A stretch of DNA of 39,250 bases, from the NCBI GenBank assembly GCA_028875175.1, contig JAPPFO010000090.1, positions 876 through 40,125 of the forward strand, written 5' to 3'. This stretch comes from Chloroflexota bacterium (GTDB lineage Bacteria > Chloroflexota > UBA11872). The position numbers were made by a program, and so were the translations under genes. The notes beneath the pieces are model-generated. The model did no database searches and was not told the origin of the DNA. It worked only from the letters and a program-made list of their open reading frames with translations. Shown in pieces: positions 8,068 to 16,564 of the stretch (position 1 is its first letter; each line of letters begins with the position of its first letter).

Positions 8068-9399
8068 ATGGCAACCGCGCCGTTGAGAGTTGGATTTGTG
8101 GGTTGCGGCGGGATTTCCCGCCTATACACGGACATCTACTTGGGTCTCCACGAGTTGGCGCAGGTCGTCGCCGTGGCGGATCTGGTCCCAGAGTTGGCAC
8201 GCGATCGGGCTGAGGGACTGACGCACGGTTACCGAGCCGAAGCCGCGCGCCAGCACGCCATTGCCACGGGCGCCCGCAGCGAGGCCGAGCGAGACGACGC
8301 GCTGGCCAGGGCCGAGTCGGCCGAAGACGCCGCCTCGAACTCGATCCAGCGGTTTTCGAGTCATACCGAACTGCTGGCCGGATCCGATGTGGATGCCATC
8401 GTTCTCCTTACGGCGCCCTCCGTCCGTGGTGGGCCGACGGTTGAGGCCGCCGTGCAGGGGGTGCACGTCTTCACGCAAGGTCCAATGGCTCGCAGCGTGG
8501 AGGAAGCCGACGCCATGCTGGACGCGGCCGAAGCCTCGGGCATCAAGCTACACGTGCAAGTCGGTTCGCGCTACAGCCGCGGCATGCGGCACGCGCAGCG
8601 CGCGGTGGCCAGCGGCTTGATGGGCCAGATGGCCATGGCGAAGGTTGAGCTGAACAACTTCCGGCCGCAGTCCCCGTACTTCCGATCCACCCACTGGCAT
8701 GGGACCTGGGACGGCGAAGGCGGCACGTCGGTCTTCCATCACGGGCGCTACGTCATCGATCCGTTTCTGTACGTGGTTGGCTCGCCGATTGTGGAAGTGA
8801 CGTCTTACGCGGGCGCGATGCTGCGGCACATCGAGACCGATGACATGACGCTTTCGCTGGTGAAGTTCGCCAACGGAGCTCGCGGCGTGGTGCAGTCCTC
8901 GCTGCTGTATCACACCAATCCGCTAACCCCGACGTTTCGGATTGAGGTTATCGGCAGCGAGGCTTCGATGGTTCTCCACCAGGAATACACACATCCAGAT
9001 ATACCAACGGTGATGCTTGGAAACCGAGAGAACGGCTGGGAAGCCGACGTGAAGTTTGGGTCAAACCACGACCCGTCATTGGTTCAGCGGCTGGAGGCGC
9101 TGGAAGCCGAGGTGTCCGACGCCCCCGTGCGCGCCAGCGAGATGTACCAGAGCCAGATCTGGTTGGAGTCAATCCTGGAGGATTCGTCCACCCCCGCGCC
9201 ATTGCGCGTGCCGCATCACCACGCCGAATTCACACGTGCCGTGTACAAGTCGCACGAAACCGGCGCAACCGTCACGCTGCCGCTGGCTAAGGACGATCCC
9301 TTTTATACGTTTGAAGGGCGTCTGACTCACGGGCGGAAGCTTCCTGAAGACGACCCACCGCCGACGGGCGAGCTCCCGCGTCGCATGAGAGGCAGCTGA
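8068..9399 (+). CDS. Divergent Gfo/Idh/MocA-like oxidoreductase (paralogue 5) with Ala/Arg/Glu-rich insert and QGP in place of EKP
   Basis: ORF track 8068..9399. LRVGFVGCGGIS, VVAVADL, DAIVLLTAPS, GIKLHVQVGSRY. The position of the EKP motif reads TQGPMA (nt 8476-8484). About 35 extra residues lie between strand 2 and the ELLA helix. GGGGGA 8 nt upstream of the ATG. Confidence 0.75.
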   Translation: MATAPLRVGFVGCGGISRLYTDIYLGLHELAQVVAVADLVPELARDRAEGLTHGYRAEAARQHAIATGARSEAERDDALARAESAEDAASNSIQRFSSHTELLAGSDVDAIVLLTAPSVRGGPTVEAAVQGVHVFTQGPMARSVEEADAMLDAAEASGIKLHVQVGSRYSRGMRHAQRAVASGLMGQMAMAKVELNNFRPQSPYFRSTHWHGTWDGEGGTSVFHHGRYVIDPFLYVVGSPIVEVTSYAGAMLRHIETDDMTLSLVKFANGARGVVQSSLLYHTNPLTPTFRIEVIGSEASMVLHQEYTHPDIPTVMLGNRENGWEADVKFGSNHDPSLVQRLEALEAEVSDAPVRASEMYQSQIWLESILEDSSTPAPLRVPHHHAEFTRAVYKSHETGATVTLPLAKDDPFYTFEGRLTHGRKLPEDDPPPTGELPRRMRGS

Positions 9400-9458
9400 C
9401 CACGTAAGACTGACTCGCTGGCACGCGTCGCGCACCAATTGTCGGGCTAACCCACCAA

Positions 9459-9480
9459 ACGCGTGCTGTGGTGCACGCGT
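9459..9480. terminator. Stem-loop between convergent gene ends (possible bidirectional terminator)
   Basis: ACGCGTGC (9459-9466), 6-nt loop, GCACGCGT (9473-9480), within the 87-bp gap between the stops at 9399 (+) and 9487 (-). No U-tract. GCACGCGTCGC also occurs at 9421-9431. Confidence 0.3.
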
Positions 9481-9486
9481 CGCCCG

Positions 9487-10902
9487 CTAATACGCACCCC
9501 GACCACGCGCCACGACCCAGAGGGTGCGCAGCAGGATGGTGAGGTCGAGCAGCGGCGAGTAGTTCTGGATGTAGTAGAGGTCGTATTCGACGTTTTCGTG
9601 CAGAGGGAGTTCGCTGCGGCCGCTTACCTGCCACCAGCCGGTGATCCCCGGAAGCACCGCCAATCGCTGTCGCTGCCAGGACTCATACTGCTCAACGACC
9701 CACGGGAGTTCCGGGCGCGGCCCAACCAGGCTCATTTCGCCGCGCAGCACATTCCACAGTTGGGGGAGTTCGTCGAGACTGGTCCGGCGAAGGAAGCGGC
9801 CGACGCGGGTCACGCGCGGATCGTTCAGCGGTTTGTACACCGCGTTGACGGCAGCGCCACCCTGGAGAGCGGCTTCCTGCCGGCTCTCGGCATCCGGGAC
9901 CATCGTGCGTAGCTTGAACATGGTGAACATTCGGCCGGTCTCACCAACGCGTCGCTGAGCGAAGACGACCGGACGTCCACCGTCCAGGAAGACGGCCAGC
10001 GCCAGGACTGCGAGCACCGGCGCCATCAGCACGAGCGAGACGCTGGCCAGAACCAGATCGAATACTCGCTTGACGAATCGATCGAATCCCGTGATTACGG
10101 GCGCACGCACGCTGATCAGAGGCAGGCCCCACACGTCCTCTGCCATGGCCCGGCCGGCCATGAGATGAAACACATCGGGGACCAGCCGGACTCTGACAGG
10201 AACGCTGTCCAGTGCCACAACTATTTCGCGAATCCGCTCGTGGGCGTGCATTGGCAACGCGATCAGGACGTCGTCCACTTCATAGCGGTCAATCAGATTC
10301 TCGAGCTCGTTACTTGCTCCCAGCACCGGGGCCTCGTGGATCTCTTCGCCGCGTTTATCCGGATCGTCGTCGGCGAATCCGATGACCTGGAATCCGGACC
10401 AGGGACGTTCACGAATCATGGCCGCCACCCGTTCGCCGACCGGTCCGGCGCCGACCACCAGCACCCGAGTCGCGCCGCGGCCGGAGATGCGACGACTGCG
10501 CATCACGAGGTTGAGTAGCCACCGGAGATTGATAAGCAGCAGCGCATCCAGGGCAATGAAGTAAAGGAACAACAGTCGCGAGAGGAATTCGACTTTGAGG
10601 ACAAAGAAGGCCGCAAAAAGGACGACGGTGGCAAAGATGATGGCCGGAATCAGTACGCGGATTTCGTCCACGACTCGCAGCAGCCGCCGGTGGTCGTAGA
10701 GATGGACCATGCGGAAGAAGAAGGCCCAGACGAATCCGACGACCACGTACTCGCGGACGGTGAGCCAGGAGAGCAGGCTGGCATCGCCAGCGCCGATCGG
10801 CAGGGTATGCCGCAGGACATCCGCCAGGAAGAGGGCCAGCAGCGTGAGCGCGATATCGACAACGGCCAGGGCGCCGCCAAAGAGACGCGCGCGCTCCCTC
10901 AC
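9487..10902 (-). CDS. Initiating polyprenyl-phosphate glycosylphosphotransferase (WbaP/EPS-type bacterial sugar transferase)
   Basis: ORF track 9487..10902. N-terminal TM helices, central Rossmann-like VLVVGAGPVG domain, C-terminal sugar-transferase signature KRVFDLVLAS...MFKLRTM...NDPRVTRVGRFLRRTSLDELPQLWNVLRGEMSLVGPRP. Confidence 0.9.
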   Translation of the reverse strand: MRERARLFGGALAVVDIALTLLALFLADVLRHTLPIGAGDASLLSWLTVREYVVVGFVWAFFFRMVHLYDHRRLLRVVDEIRVLIPAIIFATVVLFAAFFVLKVEFLSRLLFLYFIALDALLLINLRWLLNLVMRSRRISGRGATRVLVVGAGPVGERVAAMIRERPWSGFQVIGFADDDPDKRGEEIHEAPVLGASNELENLIDRYEVDDVLIALPMHAHERIREIVVALDSVPVRVRLVPDVFHLMAGRAMAEDVWGLPLISVRAPVITGFDRFVKRVFDLVLASVSLVLMAPVLAVLALAVFLDGGRPVVFAQRRVGETGRMFTMFKLRTMVPDAESRQEAALQGGAAVNAVYKPLNDPRVTRVGRFLRRTSLDELPQLWNVLRGEMSLVGPRPELPWVVEQYESWQRQRLAVLPGITGWWQVSGRSELPLHENVEYDLYYIQNYSPLLDLTILLRTLWVVARGRGAY

Positions 10903-10919
10903 CTCAGCGCTCCCTCACC
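10891..10919. repeat. Perfect 13-bp direct repeat (GCGCTCCCTCACC x2, 3-bp spacer) straddling a gene junction
   Basis: 10891-10903 and 10907-10919 are identical. On the coding (minus) strand this reads GGTGAGGGAGCGC-TGA-GGTGAGGGAGCGC, encoding ...LVRER-stop and then GTG-start M-R-E-R. Confidence 0.9.
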
Positions 10920-12055
10920 AGTTCGCGGTATACCAGTTCGGTTGCCCGGGCCATCGCCTCGGCGTCGTGATAGACCGCCACGGCCGCATGAGCCTCCGTT
11001 GCAAGCGTGCGAGCCTCATCCGAGTGTGTCAACAACCGCAGCGTCGCGGCGGCGGCGGCGGGAATGTCACCTGGTTTGACCAGGAGTCCGGTGCGCTCGT
11101 GCTCGATGAGATCGGTCGTTCCGACGGCGCGGGCGGCAACAATTGGAACTCCGGCGGTCATGACCTCCATGATCGAGTAGGGCACACCCTCCCAGCGGGC
11201 CATGTGCAGGTACACATCCAGCGCCGTGAGCAGCGTGCGGGCGTTGGTCACAAATCCCGGAAGCGACGTTGCCTTGTGGACGTCGAGTTCCCGAAGGCGA
11301 TCCTCCACCTGCGTACGCAGTTCACCGTCGTTGGTCCAGAGAAACCGAGCGTCCGGGCGCCGGCGGTAGATCGCCGCGAATGTCTCCGCAATGTCGAACG
11401 GCGCCTTCTGTTCGGTAAACCGAGCCGTGGTGCCGACAATCGGCGCGTCAGCTGGCAGACCGAGACGTCGGCGGGCCTCCGCGCGCGGCAGAGGCTCGAA
11501 CGGCGCAAACGTGAGAGGGACTTTGCGAACTTTGCGCGGCTGAACGATTTCGCCCGCCACCTGTCGTTCGCCCTCTGAGAGCGCGATGAGCGCTGACGTT
11601 GCACGTCCCAGCATTGCTTCCAGCCAGCGCAAGGGCGCACGTGCGATGGGCGAGGCGAAGTTGAGGAAGTAGAACCCATGCGGCGTATGAACAATCCGGG
11701 CACCCGGCGCGAGCATGGCGGCCACGCGGCCAACGACGCCCGCCTTGGTGCTGTGGGTGTGCACGATGTCGTAGCGACCACGGTGGATCAGCCGCACGAG
11801 CGCCCAGGTCGCGCGCCAATCGTCGATCGGTCGAATGGCGCGAGTCATGGGCACGACGTGCAGCTGCACGTCCAGTGCCGACATGTCGTCGAAAAACGAG
11901 GTGTCGCCGCGAGGCTCGGAGCGAACACGGGGACACGCCACTTCGAAGTGGAAGGACGAGCGATCGGAAGCGGCCGCCAGATCGAGCAGATGGCGCTTGG
12001 TGCCGCCAATCGTGGCCTCCATGACCTGGAGAACTCGAATCGGACGGCGAGCCAT
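10904..12055 (-). CDS. GT4-family glycosyltransferase
   Basis: ORF track 10904..12055. IRVLQVMEATIGGTKRH N-terminus and C-terminal E-x7-E region RWEGVPYSIMEVMTAGVPIVA...GLLV. Confidence 0.85.
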   Translation of the reverse strand: MARRPIRVLQVMEATIGGTKRHLLDLAAASDRSSFHFEVACPRVRSEPRGDTSFFDDMSALDVQLHVVPMTRAIRPIDDWRATWALVRLIHRGRYDIVHTHSTKAGVVGRVAAMLAPGARIVHTPHGFYFLNFASPIARAPLRWLEAMLGRATSALIALSEGERQVAGEIVQPRKVRKVPLTFAPFEPLPRAEARRRLGLPADAPIVGTTARFTEQKAPFDIAETFAAIYRRRPDARFLWTNDGELRTQVEDRLRELDVHKATSLPGFVTNARTLLTALDVYLHMARWEGVPYSIMEVMTAGVPIVAARAVGTTDLIEHERTGLLVKPGDIPAAAAATLRLLTHSDEARTLATEAHAAVAVYHDAEAMARATELVYRELVRER

Positions 12056-12063
12056 CGGCAGCG

Positions 12064-13038
12064 CTAGCGCAGCACCGCCTCTTGCATCCAGGCGTACTCC
12101 GCCGCGATGCCCTCGTGGATGGTTGTTGACGGATCAAAGCCGAGCACGCGACGCGCCCTGGAGGTATCGGCCTGGCTGTGAAGCTGGTCGGCGGGATGCG
12201 CCTCGGCGTAGATACGCTCGGCCGGCTTGCCGGCGACCTGCTCCATCGTGCCGATCAGTTCGTTGACCGATGCCGTGGGGCCACTGCCGATGTTGAAAGT
12301 CTCGCCGATGGGTAGCGCATCAAGCACCCGTACCTGGGCGTCAACCGCGTCGGCCACGTAGGTCAGTTCCCGCGTCTGCTCGCCGTCGCCATAGATTGTG
12401 ATCGGCTTGCCGGTGGCTATAGCCTTGAGTCCGATGTGCACGAGCATGTCGGGCCGCTGGCGCGGACCAAACAGGGTGTAGTAGCGAAGGACGACCACCG
12501 GCAGACCGAACAGCCGGTGATAAGAACTGAGCAGGTGCTCGTCCAGCAGCTTGGTCATCGCGTAAAACGACCGCGGTTCGAGTGGATGGTCTTCGGGCGT
12601 GGGCATCCTGGGATTGAAGCCGTAGATCGAGGATGTCGAAGCAAAACTGAAGAGCTTCACGCCTGCGCGCAACGCAGCGTCGGCCAGCCGTTGCGTTGAG
12701 CGGCTGTTGTCCTGCATGTACCGCTGGAAGTTGGTGGGCGTCCAGCCTTCGCGGACGCCGGCTCGGGCCGCCAGGTGAAAGACGTACTGCACGCCGCCGA
12801 GCACTTTGTCGAGGTCGAGGTCGGCGTCCAACAGGTGGGCCGGCACGAAGTCGAAACCCTCGTGCTGCCGGAGTGAGTCAAGATTCGCCTGTTTCTGGTC
12901 GAGGTCGTAGCTGTCGGTCATGCCATCCAGACCGACGACTCGATGGCCTCGCGCTAACAGCGACTCGCAGAGATGGGACGCAATAAACCCGGAAGCCCCA
13001 GTGACAAGTGTTCCAGGGCGGCCGTTGGCCTCTGGCAT
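12064..13038 (-). CDS. Extended-SDR NAD-dependent sugar epimerase/dehydratase
   Basis: ORF track 12064..13041 (TTG). ATG 13038 is the adjacent codon. LVTGASGFIASH (TGxxGxxG), ASTSSIYG, YAMTK (YxxxK). Confidence 0.85.
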   Translation of the reverse strand: MPEANGRPGTLVTGASGFIASHLCESLLARGHRVVGLDGMTDSYDLDQKQANLDSLRQHEGFDFVPAHLLDADLDLDKVLGGVQYVFHLAARAGVREGWTPTNFQRYMQDNSRSTQRLADAALRAGVKLFSFASTSSIYGFNPRMPTPEDHPLEPRSFYAMTKLLDEHLLSSYHRLFGLPVVVLRYYTLFGPRQRPDMLVHIGLKAIATGKPITIYGDGEQTRELTYVADAVDAQVRVLDALPIGETFNIGSGPTASVNELIGTMEQVAGKPAERIYAEAHPADQLHSQADTSRARRVLGFDPSTTIHEGIAAEYAWMQEAVLR

Positions 13039-13057
13039 CAAAGCCCCGCGTGAAGAA

Positions 13058-13076
13058 AGCGCGCCAGCCGCGCGCT
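13058..13076 (-). promoter_or_regulatory. GC stem-loop in the 69-nt intra-operon gap, next to an AT-rich TATACT element
   Basis: AGCGCGC (13058-13064), 5-nt loop, GCGCGCT (13070-13076). On the minus strand TATACT lies at 13087-13082, about 44 nt upstream of ATG 13038. Function (attenuator, processing site or internal promoter) not resolvable. Confidence 0.2.
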
Positions 13077-13107
13077 GCGAGAGTATATCGGCGAGCCCTT
13101 CGCCACG

Positions 13108-14244
13108 TTACGCGGCGGCATCGCGAATGACGGTCGCATAGAGGGCGCGCGTGGCGGCACGCATGCCCTCTAAATCGAACGTCTCGGCCGCATGTCGACG
13201 CGCAGCGGAACCCAATCGCAGCCGGCGCTCGCTATCGAGCAGCGTTGCCGTCAAGGCGGAGGCCAGGGCTTGCGCATCACCCTGGGGAGTCAACACGCCG
13301 GTCTGGTTGTGCTCCACGATTTCAGGAACGCCCCCAACGGCCGTCGCCACGACTGGCCGACTTGCCATCGCGGCTTCCATGACCACAAGGCCCAGTCCTT
13401 CCCAGTCAGACGCCAGCACGACCAGGTCGGCGGCGGCCATCAGGTTCGGTATGTCGGCGCGCACACCCAGCCAGCGCACCGCATCGCGCAGATCCAAGTC
13501 GTCGGTGAGTTGGAGCAACCCGGCCCGATAGGCGGGGCCTCCCAGCTGGGTCTCGCCGGCGCAGAGCAATTGGGCGTTACCGAGCTTTCGGCGCACCTGG
13601 GCGAACGCCCGCAGGAGTACATCGTGCCGCTTCTGCGGATCGAGGCGCGCGGGGCACAGCACCAGCGGTACATCTGCCCCGATGCCAAGCTCCCGACGCG
13701 CGGCCGCCCGATCCAGGCCGCTGAACGGCCCGGAATCCAGGCCATACCGAATGACCTCAATCCGATCTCTGGGGACTCCGAGTTGCTGATTCGTCCAACC
13801 CGCGACCGCCTCCGAAATGGCGATTGTGCGCCGCGTGGGACGGGTAGCCAGCGCATGGAGGGCCCGTGCCGACGAGGACTCGAGACGAGCTTCGATGTTG
13901 TGCTTGGTGGACACGATGGCGCGAACGCCGACCGCCCGCGCTGCCAGCGCACCGTACATGTCGGCGCGCAGGAGGTGTGTGTGCACGAGCGCATATCGCC
14001 CGCGCCTGATGAGCGCCGCCAGACGGGGCAGCCGCACGGCGCCAAACGGTCCGGCCATCGGGATATGGGCTATGCGTTCGACGCATGCCTCAAACTCCGG
14101 GCGCAGGTCGTGGTCGCGAAAGTAAACCAGGTCAATATCGGCGAACTCGCGTAGACCGGGCAGCAATTCAACGAGATGGCGCTGCGCCCCACCGACCGCG
14201 AGCGACGTGACTATCTGCAGAACGCGCAACCGGCTCCTGGTCAC
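13108..14244 (-). CDS. GT4-family glycosyltransferase
   Basis: ORF track 13108..14244. LRVLQIVTSLAVGGAQRH, SDWEGLGLVVMEAAMASRPVVATAVGGVPEIV. GTG start overlaps the upstream stop (GTGA). Confidence 0.85.
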   Translation of the reverse strand: MTRSRLRVLQIVTSLAVGGAQRHLVELLPGLREFADIDLVYFRDHDLRPEFEACVERIAHIPMAGPFGAVRLPRLAALIRRGRYALVHTHLLRADMYGALAARAVGVRAIVSTKHNIEARLESSSARALHALATRPTRRTIAISEAVAGWTNQQLGVPRDRIEVIRYGLDSGPFSGLDRAAARRELGIGADVPLVLCPARLDPQKRHDVLLRAFAQVRRKLGNAQLLCAGETQLGGPAYRAGLLQLTDDLDLRDAVRWLGVRADIPNLMAAADLVVLASDWEGLGLVVMEAAMASRPVVATAVGGVPEIVEHNQTGVLTPQGDAQALASALTATLLDSERRLRLGSAARRHAAETFDLEGMRAATRALYATVIRDAAA

Positions 14245-15461
14245 GTGCGGGCGGTCAGCAAAGCGTCGTAGCGGGCCAGCGTCTGCTCGACTTGCCGCTG
14301 GAGGGAGAATGTGGAGGCCGCGCGTTGGCGCGCAGCCCTACCCAGCGACCGTGCGTGCTCGGCATCGCCCACGATCAGGTCGATCCGGTCGGCCAGGGCC
14401 AGCGGATCGGTGGGATCCACGGTGTATCCCCAGGCGCCATCCGCCACGATTTCGGGACCCGCGCCAAGCGTGGAGGCTATGGCCGGCCGTCCGGCCGCCA
14501 TTGATTCGATGATCGTCAGGTTGAACGGGTCTGGATAGGTCGAGGGGGCCAACGTCACGGTCGCGGCGGCGTAGGCGTCGCGAAGCGCCGCTGGCTCCAT
14601 CCATCCGGGCAGGAGCAAGCGTTCGCCCACACCCAGCTCGTCGGCCAGTCGCCGGAGTTTCGGCGCGTAACGCGGGTTTTCGCCAGCGATTACCAGGCGC
14701 AGGTCCGAATGCCGGGAACGTGCCAGCGCGTGCAGCGCCGCCTCCGCGCCCTTCTCGCGCGAGACGCGGGCCGCCAGCAGCGCCAGCGGGTCTCCGTCCA
14801 GCCCGTGCGTCGACCGAAACGCCGCCCCATCGCCGTTACCCCACCAGTCCACGTCCACTCCGTTATAGACAACCTCGGCGCCCCCGAAACCGTTGGCGCG
14901 CAGGGCGGTCTTCAGCGTTCGACTGATGGCAAACAGGTGGTCCACATGCTTGGACATGTGCTGGTCGATGACCACGTTGCGTGCCGGATTCCAGCGGAAC
15001 CGCTGGCATTTGGCGCAGTTGAACCAGCGCTGGCGAAAGTCCACCGGGCCGCCGGTGCAGATGAACTTGATGCAGCAGAACAGCAGATAGTCGTGGGCGG
15101 TGTAGAGCACCGGCACACCCAGGCGATCGGCTGCCGTAAGCGATGCAAACGACAGGTGCTGATGCACGTTGTGGGCATGCACGACGTCAGGATTGAAGTC
15201 GGCTAATTCACGACGGACGCCCGGCAACACCATCGGATTGGCCATCGCCACCGTGTTGCGAAACCGCTCCGGATAGCGAGATCGCAGCCGGCGAACGCGA
15301 ACACCGTCCTGGTCACGGTGCGATCCGGCCCCAGACGTGGTGGCAATCACGCACACGTCATGAGCAGCCTGGACGAAGGCGCCAGCCAGGCGTTCAACCA
15401 CGACCCCGGCCCCGCCGCGATTCTCAGGGGGATAGGTGTCGGCAAGGAGGGCGATGCGCAT
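14241..15461 (-). CDS. GT4-family glycosyltransferase with Cys-rich insert
   Basis: ORF track 14241..15461. MRIALLADTYPPENRGGAG, STYPDPFNLTIIESMAAGRPAIAS. Cys cluster FCCIKFICTGG...NCAKCQ at nt 15006-15077. Confidence 0.85.
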   Translation of the reverse strand: MRIALLADTYPPENRGGAGVVVERLAGAFVQAAHDVCVIATTSGAGSHRDQDGVRVRRLRSRYPERFRNTVAMANPMVLPGVRRELADFNPDVVHAHNVHQHLSFASLTAADRLGVPVLYTAHDYLLFCCIKFICTGGPVDFRQRWFNCAKCQRFRWNPARNVVIDQHMSKHVDHLFAISRTLKTALRANGFGGAEVVYNGVDVDWWGNGDGAAFRSTHGLDGDPLALLAARVSREKGAEAALHALARSRHSDLRLVIAGENPRYAPKLRRLADELGVGERLLLPGWMEPAALRDAYAAATVTLAPSTYPDPFNLTIIESMAAGRPAIASTLGAGPEIVADGAWGYTVDPTDPLALADRIDLIVGDAEHARSLGRAARQRAASTFSLQRQVEQTLARYDALLTART

Positions 15462-15493
15462 GTGGAGCGGCCCGACGGTTCGACGGAGTGATT

Positions 15494-16564
15494 CTAGGCG
15501 GTGTACGCCGCCAGGCAGCGTTCGGCAACCGCGGACCAGGTAAAGCGGGCTACGACGTGGTCGCGGGCTGCCTGGCCCTGCGTTTGGGCGTGCTGAAGCG
15601 AAGTGGTGAGCGGCGTCAGCTCGCGGCGGAGGGCGTCGGGATCGCTCGGCGGCACGGTCGCGCCACCGACGGACGGGATGATCTCGGGCATGCCGGCCAC
15701 GTCCGAAACAATCGCTGCGGTCCCGCAGGCCATGGCTTCGAGCGGCGCCAATCCGACGAGTTCCGGCAACGCCTGTCGCCGTCCGAGGTAGTCCTCATAG
15801 ACCGACGGCATGACGAAGGCACAGGCCGATCGCAGGGCGGAGATCACCTCGAAGTCCGAAGCTCCCAGGTGGATCCGCACCGGACGGGACGCGGCCTCCG
15901 ATCGAACGAACTCAAGATAGTCGGCGTCGTAGGGGCGCCCGTAAATGTCGAGTGAGGCGCCGACAGGTAGTCCTCGAATCGCAGTCTCGATGCCCTTGTG
16001 GGGCAACAGGCGCCCCACATAGACGACCTGGCCAAGCGTCTTTTTTGTACCGGGCGAGTATTTGGCCGTATCAACGCCTGCGTAGATTACTTCCGTCCGG
16101 CGTCCGACGTAGGGGAGCGTTGCGGCGGCGAATTCGCTCTGCGCCAACTGTCCGTCGATCCAGCGACCGATCCGCAAACGGCGAACCCAGTTCACGCCAC
16201 CGCCACCGTGATCGGTGACATAGACGCGCTTGCCGAGCGGCCGGCCGTTCAGTGCGGCCAGCGCCGTGAGACCGGACCTCGCCTGGTGGCAGTGGACAAC
16301 ATTCGCCCAGCCCAGGGCTCGAAGAAACCCGGGACCGATGGCGTCGTAGGCTCGGCCGCGAAGCTGCCTCCAGGTTCGCTGGACCTCGATGTCGAACCCG
16401 CTGACATGCCGGGTTCCTGGCGGGCCGCCGAATGCGACCAGTCGGGTGGGCGTCTGTTGTCGCATGGCGATTGCGAGCTCCAGCGGATAACGCTCGCCGC
16501 CGCCGCGCACCGACTCGTCGCCGAACCAGGTTGGCGACAGATGCAGGACTCGTAGCTCACTCAC
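15494..16564 (-). CDS. GT4-family glycosyltransferase
   Basis: ORF track 15494..16837. The first 91 codons overlap the upstream methyltransferase gene and are Ala/Pro/Arg-rich. GTG 16564 gives a GTGA overlap with that gene's stop and an N-terminus (M)SELRVLHLSPTWF typical of GT4. C-terminal PSVYEDY...APLEAMACGTAAIVSDVAGMPEI. Confidence 0.8.
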   Translation of the reverse strand: MSELRVLHLSPTWFGDESVRGGGERYPLELAIAMRQQTPTRLVAFGGPPGTRHVSGFDIEVQRTWRQLRGRAYDAIGPGFLRALGWANVVHCHQARSGLTALAALNGRPLGKRVYVTDHGGGGVNWVRRLRIGRWIDGQLAQSEFAAATLPYVGRRTEVIYAGVDTAKYSPGTKKTLGQVVYVGRLLPHKGIETAIRGLPVGASLDIYGRPYDADYLEFVRSEAASRPVRIHLGASDFEVISALRSACAFVMPSVYEDYLGRRQALPELVGLAPLEAMACGTAAIVSDVAGMPEIIPSVGGATVPPSDPDALRRELTPLTTSLQHAQTQGQAARDHVVARFTWSAVAERCLAAYTA

